Counted from the first letter of the stretch, positions 49,475 to 61,221 are shown. The stretch: 64,000 nucleotides of DNA from an uncultured Acidobacteriota bacterium (GCA_963813155.1 CAWEYG010000005.1:215786-279785); one strand, 5' to 3'. The notes: a model not told the origin generated them from the letters alone. Program-made: numbers and translations.

Positions 49475-52078
49475 TTATTCCGCCCGCAGCGCGGAGATCG
49501 GGGAGATTCGCGCTGCCAGACGCGCGGGGATCCAGGAGGCGAGCGCGGCGACGAGCGCGAGGATTCCGACAACGCCCGCGAGCGTCGCCGGGTCCCGCGG
49601 CCCGACGCCGAACAGCAGGCTCGCCATCAAACGGGTGACGAGGAGCGCGCCGGCGACACCGATCGCGGCGCCCGCGGCGGCGAGCTTGACGCCCCCGGCG
49701 ACGATCGACCGAATGATCGTCGGCGCGTTCGCCCCGAGCGCCATCCGGATTCCGATCTCGCGGCGCCGCCGGGCGACCGAGTACGCGATCAACCCGTAAA
49801 CGCCGATCGACGCGAGTACCAACGCCAGCAGGGCGAAGGCGCCGAGCAGCAGGAGGTTGAACTTCTGGGGCGCCGTCGACTCCGCCACGACCTCGCTCAT
49901 CTCGCGGACCTTCGTCGGCGGGAGCTGCCGGTCGAGCTGCCAGATCCGGCCCGTCACTTCCCGAAGCAGCGTCGCGGGCTCCGTCGGGCTTCGGACGACG
50001 ACGTACATCCACCGCTTCCACGGCCGCGGCGTCTGCGCGTAAGGATCGTAGACTGCCGGCTCCTCCGGCCTCGCCGGTCCGAAGTGGTTCACGTCGCCGA
50101 CGACGCCGACGATCGTCATCCACTCCGGCGTCTTCCCGGGATCAGGCGCCCAGGCCACCCGCGCGCCGACGGCCGAGCCGTTCGGAAAGTAGGCGCGGAC
50201 GAAGCTCTGGTTGACGATCGCGACGAGCGGGGAGTCTTCCCGATCCCGGTCCGCGAACCCGCGCCCGGCGCGGAGAGGAATCCGGAGCACCCCGAAATAC
50301 TTCGGCGAGACCGTGCGCGTCAGGACCTCGGGCTCCCCGCCGGCGGGGATCGGCGGACGCCCGTCGATCAGAAAATGCTGCGTCAGCTCGCTGCCGCTCA
50401 TCGGGAGCTCGGAGACGTACGCCGCCTCGGCGCCGGGCAGCGTGTTCAACGTCTCGAGCAGGCGCGCCCGGAACTGGCGCTGCTTCGAAATCGCCTCGTA
50501 GCGCGCCGCGGGAAGCGTGAGCCGCATCGTTAAAACGTGATCCGCGCGGAACCCCGGCTCGACCGACCGGAGATTGCGGAAGCTTCGGATGAGAAGTCCG
50601 GCGCCTGCAAGGAGCATGAGCGCGAGGGCCATCTCCGAAACAACAAGCGCGCTCCGGAGCCGGACTTCGCTCCCCGAGGCGGATTGCCCGCCCGAGCCGT
50701 CGCGGAGCCCTGCCTGCGGATCGACGCGCGCCGCGGCGAGGGCCGGCACGAGGCCGAACACGAGCCCGGTCGCCGCGGCCATCGCGGCGGTGAACGCGAA
50801 CACGGCCGTGTCGATCCGGATCGGGACGAGGGTCGCGTCGCTCCCGGCGCCGAGCGCCACCAGGGCCCGCACGCCGAAGTGCGCGAGGCCGAGCCCCGCG
50901 GCACCCCCGAGGAGCGACAGCAGCACGCTCTCGGTCAGCGTCTGCCGGACGAGCCGCCATCGTCCCGCGCCGAGCGCGCCGCGGATCGCCATCTCGCGCC
51001 GGCGGAAGGACCCGCGGGCGAGCTGGAGGCTCGCGAAGTTCGCGCACGCGATCAGGAGAACGAGCCCCACGGCGCCGAGGAGCACGAGGAGCGCGGGACG
51101 GGAGTCGGCGACGAGCGTCTCTCGGAGGGGCAGGAGGTCCCGGCGCCGTCCCCGGTTCTCTTCCGGATAGGCCTGCTCGAGCCACCGGTCGATCGAGTGC
51201 AGCTCGGACTGCGCGCGGTCGATCGACACACCGGGTTTGACGCGCATGAACGTGTGGAGGTAGTGCACGTCGCGAGCCGTCGCGTCCGTGGGTTCCACCA
51301 TCATGGCCGAGGCCCAGACGTCCGCGGCTCTCCCCGGAAGCCGCACCGAGGAGGGGAGCACGCCGACGATCGTGTACAAATTTCCGGAAAGCGGGATCGT
51401 CCGTCCGAGGACGTTCGGATCGGATCCCATCCGGTCGGTCCAGAACGCGTGCGACACGACGACGACCCGGCCGGCCTTGCCCAGGTCGTCCTGGGGCTCG
51501 ATCAACCGTCCCCGCTCTGCGCGGACCCCGAACACCTCAAAATAGCGGAGCGCGCAGAGGCCGGCCATGACCTGCACGGGAGCGTCGCCCCCGGTGTAGT
51601 CGACCGGGAAGATGCTGATGCCGCCGATCGATTCGAACGACCCGCTTCGCGCCTCGATATCCCGGAGATCGGGCAGCGACTGGTTGTCGTCGGACCTCGA
51701 TCCTCCGCTCCACACCATCGCAACGATTCGGTCGGGCTCGCGGAACGGCAGCGGGCGGAGCAGGACCGCCTGGATCACGGAAAAGACGGCGGAGTTCGCG
51801 CCGATCCCGAGCGCGAGCGTCAGGACCGCGACGACCGAGAAGCCCGGGCTCTTTCGGAGCGCGCGCAGGCCGTAGCGAACGTCGCGCCGCAAGTCGTTCC
51901 ACCACATCACGCGGCGCGATTCGTGGAAGCGCTCCCGGGCGAGCGTCGCGTTTCCGAACGCCCGCCGCGCAGCCGCGAGCGCGTCGTCCGCGCTCATCCC
52001 TTCTTCGCGAAGCCGCTCGGCCTCGAGCGCGATGTGGGCTTCGATCTCCGAGGCGAAGTCCGCGTCGGGACGCCGCAC
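49475..52078 (-). CDS. ADOP-family duplicated ABC permease (MacB/FtsX domains)
   Basis: [44 protein letters not shown]; GTG start 52078. Confidence 0.92.
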   Translation of the reverse strand: MRRPDADFASEIEAHIALEAERLREEGMSADDALAAARRAFGNATLARERFHESRRVMWWNDLRRDVRYGLRALRKSPGFSVVAVLTLALGIGANSAVFSVIQAVLLRPLPFREPDRIVAMVWSGGSRSDDNQSLPDLRDIEARSGSFESIGGISIFPVDYTGGDAPVQVMAGLCALRYFEVFGVRAERGRLIEPQDDLGKAGRVVVVSHAFWTDRMGSDPNVLGRTIPLSGNLYTIVGVLPSSVRLPGRAADVWASAMMVEPTDATARDVHYLHTFMRVKPGVSIDRAQSELHSIDRWLEQAYPEENRGRRRDLLPLRETLVADSRPALLVLLGAVGLVLLIACANFASLQLARGSFRRREMAIRGALGAGRWRLVRQTLTESVLLSLLGGAAGLGLAHFGVRALVALGAGSDATLVPIRIDTAVFAFTAAMAAATGLVFGLVPALAAARVDPQAGLRDGSGGQSASGSEVRLRSALVVSEMALALMLLAGAGLLIRSFRNLRSVEPGFRADHVLTMRLTLPAARYEAISKQRQFRARLLETLNTLPGAEAAYVSELPMSGSELTQHFLIDGRPPIPAGGEPEVLTRTVSPKYFGVLRIPLRAGRGFADRDREDSPLVAIVNQSFVRAYFPNGSAVGARVAWAPDPGKTPEWMTIVGVVGDVNHFGPARPEEPAVYDPYAQTPRPWKRWMYVVVRSPTEPATLLREVTGRIWQLDRQLPPTKVREMSEVVAESTAPQKFNLLLLGAFALLALVLASIGVYGLIAYSVARRRREIGIRMALGANAPTIIRSIVAGGVKLAAAGAAIGVAGALLVTRLMASLLFGVGPRDPATLAGVVGILALVAALASWIPARLAARISPISALRAE

Positions 52079-52080
52079 TC

Positions 52081-52455
52081 CTAAATCTCCTCCGGCCCGA
52101 GCACGCGCCCGATCGCGGCCGCGAGCCGCTTCCACTTCGACGTCTCCTTCACGAGCTGCCGCCGTCCGGCGGCGGTCAGCGTGTAGAAGCGCGCCCGGCG
52201 GTTGTTCGACGAGGTGCCCCACTTCGCGGAGATCCAACCCCGTTCCTCGAGCCTCTGCAGGGCGGGATAGAGAGCGCCGTGCTCGACGAGCAGCTCCTCG
52301 GCGGAGGTCCGCTGGATCGCGAGCGCAATCCCGTGCCCGTGCTGCGGCCCGAAGATGAGCGTCCGCAGGATCAGGAGGTCGAGCGTGCCCTGGAGGATCT
52401 CGAGTCGCTCTTTCTCGTTCGAAGTTTCGCTTCCGGGCCGATCTCTAGTCGACAT
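52081..52455 (-). CDS. PadR-family regulator (acidobacterial type)
   Basis: [32 protein letters not shown]. Confidence 0.93.
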   Translation of the reverse strand: MSTRDRPGSETSNEKERLEILQGTLDLLILRTLIFGPQHGHGIALAIQRTSAEELLVEHGALYPALQRLEERGWISAKWGTSSNNRRARFYTLTAAGRRQLVKETSKWKRLAAAIGRVLGPEEI

Positions 52456-52492
52456 TCGACCAGAGTATCCACCTGCTCAGGTCGAATGTCAA
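52451..52492 (-). promoter_or_regulatory. PadR-1 promoter with an 11-bp inverted-repeat operator
   Basis: GACATTCGACC-N18-GGTCGAATGTC; minus-strand TTGACA-17-GATACT just before ATG 52455. Confidence 0.7.
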
Positions 52493-52524
52493 CCCGAGCG
52501 GCCGCGGCGATCGTCCATCTTCCC

Positions 52525-52566
52525 TTGCACTTCGACAGGAGATGGGGTACCCTCTCCTGTCGAAGT
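52525..52566 (+). promoter_or_regulatory. Promoter/operator palindrome upstream of the XRE gene
   Basis: ACTTCGACAGGAGA-N10-TCTCCTGTCGAAGT overlapping TTGCAC-17-TACCCT. Confidence 0.72.
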
Positions 52567-52608
52567 AGTAGGGGTATTGGTGCAAGTTTTCCGTTCCGGA
52601 GGTTTATC

Positions 52609-53079
52609 GTGAGTCGAGTCGCCCTGAGAGTCGTTCCGTACCAGGGGTCCCTGCGGTCTTTCGGGTCTCTGCTGCGCTGCCAGCGCCAGGTGGGTCACGT
52701 CGGCTTGCGGCAACTGGCACGCGACACCGCCTTGAGCCACTCCTACCTTTCCCGAGTCGAGCGAGATCTTGTACCCCCACCGAGCGCCGCGACGATTCGA
52801 CGCCTTGCGCAGGCGTTGAAGATGGATGCAGGTCGTCTTCTCGCGGCAGCTGGCGTGATTTCCGATGAGGTGCTGTCATTCTTTTTCCGACGGCCGGAGG
52901 TCGCGACCGCGGTGTTCAACCTGGTAACGACGTTGACCGATGATGAAATCGATGTCTTGTGCGACGATCTTGCAGCGCGTCACGAGCCCGTTCGCCTTGC
53001 CTCGAAAGATGGACCGCGGACGGGGGGCCCGGGCGCCGGGCCGCCTCGCCGAGGGGGATCGCCAGGACCCGTGCCGTAA
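52609..53079 (+). CDS. XRE-family HTH regulator
   Basis: FGSLLR...GLRQLA...SHSYLSRVERDLVPPPS..TIRRLAQAL; GGAGG RBS. Confidence 0.8.
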   Translation: MSRVALRVVPYQGSLRSFGSLLRCQRQVGHVGLRQLARDTALSHSYLSRVERDLVPPPSAATIRRLAQALKMDAGRLLAAAGVISDEVLSFFFRRPEVATAVFNLVTTLTDDEIDVLCDDLAARHEPVRLASKDGPRTGGPGAGPPRRGGSPGPVP

Positions 53080-53102
53080 ATCGAGGGTCGGCGGCCTCGC
53101 CC

Positions 53103-53141
53103 TTGCGCTTCTCGAACAAACTGGGTATCTTCCTGTAGAAG
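53103..53141 (+). promoter_or_regulatory. PadR-2 promoter with a degenerate operator
   Basis: TTGCGC-17-TATCTT followed by TCCTGTAGAAG half-site. Confidence 0.55.
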
Positions 53142-53154
53142 CGAAAGGGGCGTC

Positions 53155-53487
53155 GTGACAGAACCGAAGATCGATCTTCCGCAGGGCACGTTGGATCTTC
53201 TGATTCTCCGGACCCTCGCTCTGGGCCCCGAGAACGGCTGGGCGATCTCCGAGCGCATCCATCAGGTGTCGAGCCGGGTTCTCCAGGTTCAACAGGGGTC
53301 GCTCTACCCGTCCCTCCATCGGCTCGAGCGCCGGGGCTGGATCAAGGCAAAGTGGGGAGCGTCCGAGAACAACCGCCGGGCGAAGTACTACCACCTGACC
53401 CGGGCGGGGCAGAACCAACTCGAGGCCGAAGAAAGCGATTGGAAGAAACTGGTGGCTGCTGTCACCCAGGTCTTGGAGACCTCGTAA
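53155..53487 (+). CDS. PadR-family regulator (acidobacterial type)
   Basis: [32 protein letters not shown]. Confidence 0.93.
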   Translation: MTEPKIDLPQGTLDLLILRTLALGPENGWAISERIHQVSSRVLQVQQGSLYPSLHRLERRGWIKAKWGASENNRRAKYYHLTRAGQNQLEAEESDWKKLVAAVTQVLETS

Positions 53488-53488
53488 C

Positions 53489-56212
53489 GTGTACCCGATG
53501 GTGAGTGACGTCCGCATCCGTCTGCGTGCTCTGTTTCAACGGCGCGCGGTGGAGGAAGAGCTCGACGAAGAGCTTCATTTCCATCTGGAGCGGCAAACAG
53601 AGAAATATGTAGGCTCTGGCCTGACCCGAGCGGAGGCGACGCGGCGCGCCCGTCTCGATTTCGGCGGCGCCGACCAGATCAAAGAGGAATGCCGGGAATC
53701 GCGTGGGGTTCATTCGATTGAAACCCTCGTCCAGGACATTGGCTACGCCGTGCGCGTGCTGCGCAAGTCTCCTGGCTTCACCGTTGTCGCTGTTCTCATC
53801 CTGGCGCTGGGCATTGGTGCGAGTACGGCTGTTTTCAGCGTCGTCGACGCGGTTTTTCTCAAACCCCCGCCCTTCCCGCATGTCGAGAGAGTCGTTTTTC
53901 CCTGGCGCCACAGCGCGAGTGAGAAAACCATTGGCGACTGGGCGACTGAAGTGATGCCTCACCGAGCACCCTTTCCCTGGGGTCGTCGCGATTTCTTGTT
54001 TGTCGCCCACGAAACCAGGACATTCGAGACTCTCGGAGCTTTTCAGAGCGGGTCGTTCAACCTCACGGGCGTGGACGCCGCCGCTCGCCTCGACGGTTTA
54101 CGAGTCTCGGCGGGCTTCTTTCCTTCTCTGGGCGTGTCTCCCGCGCTCGGCCGAACCTTTACCGAAGAGGACGATCACCCCGGCCACGAAGCCGAAGTGG
54201 TTTTAAGCGATGGCCTGTGGAGGGAACGATTCGGCTCCGACCGTCGCATCCTGGGGCGCAGGCTGCAACTCAACGGCATCCCTTACACCGTCATCGGCGT
54301 GATGCCGGGCGGTTTCGTGTTTCCGCGTTCCAACGAAATGCCTTCGGTGGTCTTCACTTTTCCGCCGCAGGTCCAGTTGTGGGTCCCGCTCGCGCCCGGT
54401 CGTGCGCCGGTCGGTTCGAATGAGCCGTGGGAGCTCGCGGTCGTCGGCCGATTGAAGCCGGGGGTGTCGGTCAGTCGGGCGCAGGCGGAGATGAACCTGC
54501 TGGGAAAACGGCTGGACGGACTGTTCCCGAATCAAAAGGGTTGGTTCGGTTTCACTGTGACCTCGTTGGCGCAGCAGGCGGGTGGCGAGAACCGCCGGCC
54601 TATGTTGCTTATGCTCGGTGCAGTCGGTGTGGTTCTCCTGATCGCCTGTTCCAATGTCGCCAGTTTGCTGCTCAGCCGATTTCTGGGCCGCAATCGCGAG
54701 CTCACGTTGCGGGCCGCGCTCGGCGGCAGAAAGTCGCGGATCATCCGTCAGCTCGTTACGGAGATTGTAGTGTTGACCGGCGTCGGCGGTCTTTTCGGAA
54801 TCCTCGTTGCAGAGTGCGGAGTCTCCTGCGCGAGGATATTCGGCCCGTCGAGTATTCCCGGTATCGGCCAGGCAACTGTGGACGTCCGTACATTCGCCGT
54901 CATTCTTGGGACAGCGCTATTGATCGGGGTTCTCTGCGGTGTGATCCCCGCGCTCGGTGGTCCGAGAGGGAATCTGCTGGACTCACCCGGGACGGGCAGC
55001 CGGCGAACCGGATCGGGCCCGGGAGTCCAGCGAGCCCGAAACATTCTGTGCGTTTCGCAACTTGCGTTCGCCGTTGTGCTTGTCGTCTCGGCGGGGCTTC
55101 TGACCCGGACCCTTTCTCGTCTGCTCGCCGTGAATGCGGGCATTCGTTCCGACAGCGCCTTGACCTTTGACCTGTCACTGCCTTCGGCGAGGTATCCCGA
55201 CCAGGAGCATGTCGTCACATTTTATCAGGCGGCGCTCCAGCGTCTCCGGGCAATACCGGGTGTTCAGTCTGCCGGGCTCGCGGAGTCCGTGCCGCTGAGC
55301 GGCACGACGGACACAGCGGTGATTCGTATCGCCGACCAACGATTGCCAAAGGGCGTGTCCGATCACATCGTCTATTGCACGACGGTCTCTCCTGGATACT
55401 TTTCGAGTGTGGGAACGCCGATCGTGAACGGTCGGGACTTTCGCGAGTCCGATGCGGAGGATTCGACACCCCTCGCCGTCATCAGCAGTGCCCTGGCGAC
55501 GAGACTCTGGCCCGGCCACGACCCGATTGGGAGACGGGTGGCTCTCGCCAGCGCCACGTTTCCGCCGGTGAGGGTCATCGGCGTCTCCGCTGACGTTCGG
55601 CGTATGTCGCTCCGCGATGCTCCCGCCATGGAGATGTACGTACCCTACATGCAGAGAGTGTGGCCGTCCCTGCTGTCGATGAACGTTGTATTGCGCACGG
55701 CCGGAAACCTTCCGTCGATCGCCGCCAGCGCACGCAACGCCATACGGTCCATCGACCCGGATGTCCCGGTCTCGAACATCCGGCCCCTGTCCAATCTCGT
55801 TGAGACTTCCATCGCCAGCGCGCGCTTTTCGACAGCGTTGATCGAGGCTTTTGGCGCGCTCGCGTTCGTGCTCGCCGCAATCGGGATGTATGGTCTCGTT
55901 TCTTACGGCGTTGTCGAACGAACGCGTGAGATCGCAATCCGGATAGCTCTTGGCGCTCGGCATGCAAACGTTTTCAGCCTGGTCGTCAGCCAGAGCGCCC
56001 GCGTGGCCTTCGGCGGGATCGTGATCGGTGTTGCCGCCGCGGTTGTCGTGGCGCGGCTCGTGAGAGGATTCGTGTACGGTGTTCCGCCGACGGATCCACT
56101 GATCTTCGGCGGGACCTTGCTCATGTTCCTGGGGGTGGCGCTTCTCGCGTGTTATATCCCGACCCGGAGAGCCATGCGGGTGGACCCGTTCGCTTCCCTC
56201 CGATACGAGTGA
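53489..56212 (+). CDS. ADOP-family duplicated ABC permease
   Basis: ELDEELHFHLE, LALGIGASTAVFS, LLIACSNVA, RTREIAIRIALGA, LRYE end. Confidence 0.92.
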   Translation: MYPMVSDVRIRLRALFQRRAVEEELDEELHFHLERQTEKYVGSGLTRAEATRRARLDFGGADQIKEECRESRGVHSIETLVQDIGYAVRVLRKSPGFTVVAVLILALGIGASTAVFSVVDAVFLKPPPFPHVERVVFPWRHSASEKTIGDWATEVMPHRAPFPWGRRDFLFVAHETRTFETLGAFQSGSFNLTGVDAAARLDGLRVSAGFFPSLGVSPALGRTFTEEDDHPGHEAEVVLSDGLWRERFGSDRRILGRRLQLNGIPYTVIGVMPGGFVFPRSNEMPSVVFTFPPQVQLWVPLAPGRAPVGSNEPWELAVVGRLKPGVSVSRAQAEMNLLGKRLDGLFPNQKGWFGFTVTSLAQQAGGENRRPMLLMLGAVGVVLLIACSNVASLLLSRFLGRNRELTLRAALGGRKSRIIRQLVTEIVVLTGVGGLFGILVAECGVSCARIFGPSSIPGIGQATVDVRTFAVILGTALLIGVLCGVIPALGGPRGNLLDSPGTGSRRTGSGPGVQRARNILCVSQLAFAVVLVVSAGLLTRTLSRLLAVNAGIRSDSALTFDLSLPSARYPDQEHVVTFYQAALQRLRAIPGVQSAGLAESVPLSGTTDTAVIRIADQRLPKGVSDHIVYCTTVSPGYFSSVGTPIVNGRDFRESDAEDSTPLAVISSALATRLWPGHDPIGRRVALASATFPPVRVIGVSADVRRMSLRDAPAMEMYVPYMQRVWPSLLSMNVVLRTAGNLPSIAASARNAIRSIDPDVPVSNIRPLSNLVETSIASARFSTALIEAFGALAFVLAAIGMYGLVSYGVVERTREIAIRIALGARHANVFSLVVSQSARVAFGGIVIGVAAAVVVARLVRGFVYGVPPTDPLIFGGTLLMFLGVALLACYIPTRRAMRVDPFASLRYE

Positions 56213-56362
56213 CGGCCCGGTGTGGCGCGGCAGCAGGCGCCGGCGGTCACTGTTCCGGCAACAAACACCGAAATACAAAACCTCGCACAAGAGTTCATAA
56301 AAGCGGTTGTGCGGGCGTGGCCGCCAACCGCGCAAGTGGCTGATCTGTCGTGATCCCTGCCG

Positions 56363-56965
56363 GTGGCAGATGTATTGCTGTCGGCAACGCGGAGGTTGCT
56401 ATTGGATCCCTACAGAAGTACGCAGAACGATCGCACTGGCAAGTCGCGCGACGCGCCCGTACAGTCAGGAGTGTCGGTGACTCAGGTGTGCCTCTACCGC
56501 GACAACGTCGTTGTCGTCGCACGTCTCAGCGCCGCGACACGACTGTCGCCGGGCGGCTACTTGACTCGAATCGCCATTCTGCGGCTCTTTCTCCGCGAGA
56601 TGATCGAAGCCGCCATCGAACCCGAAACGGTTGTGACCACGAGCGCGCTGACCGCGCGCCTGAACGAGCATTTCGAAGCCCTGCGGCGCGTGCCCGGCCA
56701 TCCCCTCACCGAGCTTGCAATGAACCTCAGCCGACGGAGTGAGCCGAAGGTGGCGAGTCTGACGGCGTGGCGTGGCCACGCCGCATCGTTGATGGGAGCA
56801 GGGGCGGTCTGCGAGCCGACGACGCTGCGCCTGTCGACTGCCGAAATCGTGGCCATCGACAACTATCGGTGTGACATCCGGCAGGCATCGGGTCTGTGTA
56901 TCAGCCGTTCCGCCATCCTGCGCGCGACCATCGAGTCGTTTGCGCACACATTTCAGATTCAGTAA
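56363..56965 (+). CDS. Hypothetical protein with two ribbon-helix-helix-like repeats
   Basis: VTQVCL...LTRIAILRLFL and TTLRLS...ISRSAILRATI; start uncertain. Confidence 0.55.
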   Translation: MADVLLSATRRLLLDPYRSTQNDRTGKSRDAPVQSGVSVTQVCLYRDNVVVVARLSAATRLSPGGYLTRIAILRLFLREMIEAAIEPETVVTTSALTARLNEHFEALRRVPGHPLTELAMNLSRRSEPKVASLTAWRGHAASLMGAGAVCEPTTLRLSTAEIVAIDNYRCDIRQASGLCISRSAILRATIESFAHTFQIQ

Positions 56966-57209
56966 GCGTAGTCGCCCGCAGTATCGCGACACGTCTCTGT
57001 TCATTGGTGCCGCACCAGGCACCGAACTACAAACGGTTGAAGAGAAATTCGCGGCGCCGTGCGCGACGCTGTTGTGCGCGCGCGTAACTCGTTCAGGAGG
57101 CGGTGTGGAGACACTGGCAGTTGTGTTGCTTTTCACTGCGTACGTGCTGAGGGTGCCGACGACGGCAGAGTCGAGGCACGTTGACCCGAGAGGGTCGGGA
57201 AGGAGTGTT

Positions 57210-60200
57210 ATGAAGGTGTTTAGACTACTTGCCATCTGTCTGATGGCGGCCGTGGTCTCGGCGCCCCTGTTTGGACAGGGCGCGTCGGCGACATACGGCA
57301 ACATTTACGGGAAGGTGACGGACGAATCGGGCGGGGCATTGCCCGGGGTCTCGGTCACGTTGACCGGAGGCGGCGGCGCTCGCACGGCGACATCGGGAGG
57401 CCAGGGGGAATTCCGGTTTCTCAATCTGGCTCCCGGCAACTACACCGTCAAGACGGAGCTCAACGGTTTCTCGACCGTGGAGCGCACGAACGTGACGGTG
57501 AGCCTCGGTTCCAACACGGAAGTGGCGGTTCCGATGAAGATCGCCTCGGTGGCGACGACGATCACGGTGTCCTCCGAGACGCCGCTGCTCGACCCGCGCC
57601 GGGTGAGCTCGGGATCGGACTTCACGCAGGAGCAGCTGAAGAGCATTCCGACGGCGCGCGATCCCTGGGTCGTGTTGCAGCAGGTGCCTTCGGTCCATGT
57701 CGACCGGGTCAACGTGGCGGGGAGCGAGAGCGGCCAGCAGTCGTCCTACATCGGCAAGGGTACCGATGACGGGCAGAACGCGTGGCTCGTCGACGGCGTG
57801 GCCGTGACGGACATGTCGGCTCTGGGATCGTCCTCGACTTATTATGATTTCGACGCGTTCCAGGAGATGCAGGCGACGACGGGCGGATCGGATCCTTCGA
57901 TCGCGGTGCCCGGCGTCACGCTCAACATGGTGACGAAGCGCGGCACGAACGAAGTGCACGGTTCGGCGCGCATTTTCGACACGCCGAGCGAGACCGAAGC
58001 GCGCGCCAGCAACTCCGCGGTCGGCCCGTACAGCGCGGCCGTGGGCGGACCAACCGAGCTGCACGTGGGCAGCGGCAACTCGATCGACCACATCCAGGAC
58101 TACGGCGTGGAAGCGGGCGGACCGCTCTGGGCCGACAAGGCGTGGCTGTGGGGCAGCTACGCTCGCGATCAGATCGACCTGGTCAAGCTCTCGTCCGCGG
58201 CTCCGGACAAGACGACTCTCGAAAACTGGGCGGGCAAACTGAACATCCAGCCGGTCGAGTCCAACTCGGCGACGGCGTTCTACTTCCGCGGCGACAAGAT
58301 CAAGCTCGGCCGCACCTGCTGCGCCAACCGCGCCCAGGGCACGGCGTGGAACCAGAGCGGCCCGACCGTGATCTGGAAGGGGGACGACTCGCAGGTCTTC
58401 GGACCGAACTTCGTCTTGAACGGTTCGTTGAGCTATGTCCGCGGCGGATTCGCTCTGGCTCCGCAGGCGGGCCTCGGACCGAACATGGTCCAGGACCAGA
58501 ACGAAGTCTGGCAGGGGACCTTCTACCAGTTCTCGACCTACCGGCCGCAGCACCAGGCGACAGGCAACGCCTCGTACTTCTTCAACACGGGGTCGATTGG
58601 CCACGAGCTGAAGTTCGGGTTCGGCTATCGCCACATCATCGGCGGCTCGACGACGACCTGGCCGGGCAATCAGGACGTCAACTACCTGAACTACAACGGA
58701 AGCGGCCAGTCGTACGTGAAGCTGAATCGCAACCTCGCGGTCAACGAGACGATGACGTACTATGACGCGTATCTGGGCGACACGTTGACGGCCAACAATC
58801 TGACGATCAACGTGGGCATCCGCTACGACGACCAGAAGGGCTTCAACGCCCCATCGAGGACTCCCGGCAACGACTCCCTCTGCGATCCCAGCCAGGCGTT
58901 CTCATTGACGAATCCCTGCATTCCGGCATTGAACTATGCGGGTGGCTCGACCGAAATCCATTTCAAGGATTGGGAGCCGCGCGTCGGCGTCACGTACGCC
59001 CTGGGCCCGCAGAAGTCCACGCTGCTTCGCGCTTCCTACGCTCGGTACGCGGATCAGCTCGGGTCGACGCGCGTCGGGTTCGACAACCCCGTCGGCTATA
59101 CCTACATGATGTATCCCTTCACGGACGCCAACCACAACGGGTTGGCAGATAGGGGCGAGCTCGGCCCCGTCTACTTCTACAACGGCATCGACCCGGCAAG
59201 TCCGACGAGTCTCACCTCGCCGAACAAGATTGCGTCCAACCTGAAGAACACGAAGACCGACGAGTTCATGGTCGGAATCGATCACCAGATCCTCCCCGAG
59301 TTGGTCGCGGGCGTTACCTACACTTACCGGCACCGGACGAACTACATCGACTACCGCTACATCGGTGTCGACGCTTCGGACTTCGTTCTCGATCCGGGCC
59401 GCAGTAATCTGCCCGCCTACGATCAGCAGGGGCATCTGATCGGGAACACGGGGAACTATTACGATTTCGTTGCCCCGGCCGGTTTCAACAACGGAAAGGT
59501 CCTGACGAACAACCCCGGTTATGCGACCAACTACAACGGCGTCGAGCTGCAGCTGACCAAGCGGCTCTCCAACCGGTGGATGGCCCACGCTTCCGCCAGC
59601 TATACGGACTGGAAGCAGAGCGTCAGCGGAGCCAGCGGTTGTCTCGCTCAAACCGGCGGGTCACAAACCTCGTGGAAGGGCCCGACCAACGTGCTGACGG
59701 TCTTCGGGCCGAGCTGCGCGGACGGCGCTCAGGACTTCGAGGAGTCCCAGGGATCCGGCTCGAAGGCCGACGTGTTCCTGAACTCGAAGTATCAATTCAA
59801 CGTCAGCGGCATGTACCAGCTCCCGCTCAACTTCAACGTCGCGGCGAACCTGTTCGGCCGCCAGGGATATCTCGAGCCTTATTGGGCTTCGGTGAGTGGG
59901 GGCGATGTCGGCGGAACGCTCGGATCGCGCCAGGTCATCGTCGGATCGAGCGACGACCACCGTCTGAAGAACCTCTACCAGCTCGACCTGCGGGCGGAGA
60001 AGGTCCTCCCTTTGTTCCAGAAGGCGGACATGACGCTCTCGATCGACGTGTTCAACGTCCTGAACAGCAGCACCGTCCTTCAGCAGGCGGCGCAGCTGAA
60101 CGACGAAGCCCTGCGGGGCCGCGAACGCGGCCGCCAGCTGCACGGGCAAGGGCAACCGCGTCGAGGAGACGATGAGCCCGCGGGTCCTTCGGTTCGGAGC

Positions 60201-60216
60201 TCGCTTGAGCTTCTAG
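57210..60216 (+). CDS. TonB-dependent receptor, Oar/carboxypeptidase-regulatory-like type (apparent frameshift near 60099)
   Basis: AGGAG RBS, signal peptide, GKVTDESGGALPGV, NMVTKRGTN; corrected end ...SPRVLRFGARLSF* followed by a terminator. Confidence 0.9.
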
Positions 60217-60238
60217 GTTTTCCCGGTCCAATCGCTTC

Positions 60239-60272
60239 GCCCGCCGGGGAGAGGTCCCCGGCGGGCCTTTTT
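60239..60272 (+). terminator. Rho-independent terminator
   Basis: GCCCGCCGGGGA-GAGG-TCCCCGGCGGGC then CTTTTT. Confidence 0.85.
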
Positions 60273-60330
60273 GGAATGCCGACCGAAAGAGAAGCAACTC
60301 CACTCATCGACATTGAGGTGACGAGCGACC

Positions 60331-61203
60331 ATGATGGCTACGAGAACTGCAAATCAATCACTCCGGACTCTTCACACCGCAATACTGGTCGTCGCTCTCA
60401 GCGTGGCCGCCTTCGGCCAGACGGGTGGCAGCCCGCCGTCCGAAAAGACGTCCGTCGTTTACGGCCAGCACATTCACTACATCGAAGCCGGCCAGGGACC
60501 CGCCGTCATTCTCTTGCACGGCCTTGGCGGCACCAAGGAACACTGGGACGCGAATTTCGCCGCCCTCGCATCGAAATATCACGTTTACGCGCTCGATCAG
60601 CTTGGCTTCGGCCACTCCGACAAGCCCCTGATGGACTACACAATCGCCACCTGGGTCGATTTCCTTCAAGGTTTCATGCAGTCGCAGAACATCCCCAAAG
60701 CGACCGTGGTCGGCAACTCCCTGGGTGGATGGATCGCGCTCGACTTCGCGGCGACGCATCCGGAGATGGTCGACAAACTGGTGCTGGTGGATGCGTCCGG
60801 CCTGGCCGGCAAGATCCCGATCGACCTCCTGGCCCCGTCGTCCATAGCGGCGTGGCGGACCCTGCTCGCGTCGATTTTCTACGACAAGAAGATCGTGACC
60901 GACGACGTTGCGAGGCAGGCGTTCACGGACCGCTTGCGCAACAATGACGGCTACACGATCGAGCGCACCCTGGCGGGTTTCGCCCGGCCTCAGTTCGAAG
61001 ACGACAAGCTCAAGGCGATTCACGCGCCCACGCTCGTGGTGTGGGGACGCAATGACGAACTGATCCCGGTCGACGACGCCAGAAAGTTCGGCAGCGGCAT
61101 TTCCGGGGCCAGGGTCGTTGTCGTCGAGAAGTGCGGTCACGTGCCCCAGATCGAGAAACCCGAGGAATTCAACCGCGCGCTGCTGGAGTTTCTGGGGAAG
61201 TAG
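60331..61203 (+). CDS. Secreted alpha/beta hydrolase
   Basis: LLHGLGG, GNSLGG, WGRND, CGHVPQIE; signal peptide. Confidence 0.9.
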   Translation: MMATRTANQSLRTLHTAILVVALSVAAFGQTGGSPPSEKTSVVYGQHIHYIEAGQGPAVILLHGLGGTKEHWDANFAALASKYHVYALDQLGFGHSDKPLMDYTIATWVDFLQGFMQSQNIPKATVVGNSLGGWIALDFAATHPEMVDKLVLVDASGLAGKIPIDLLAPSSIAAWRTLLASIFYDKKIVTDDVARQAFTDRLRNNDGYTIERTLAGFARPQFEDDKLKAIHAPTLVVWGRNDELIPVDDARKFGSGISGARVVVVEKCGHVPQIEKPEEFNRALLEFLGK

Positions 61204-61221
61204 GAGCCGTCGGTGTCCCCC

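Noticed and set aside
59580-59600. CGCTTCCGCCA match to the tRNA-Sec 3' end
   Set aside because: Only 11 nt, inside the receptor coding sequence; expected by chance at this GC content.
56871-60947. 1358-aa TonB receptor with a long C-terminal extension
   Set aside because: Frameshift near 60099; the canonical ...ARLSF* end and a terminator lie at 60216-60272.
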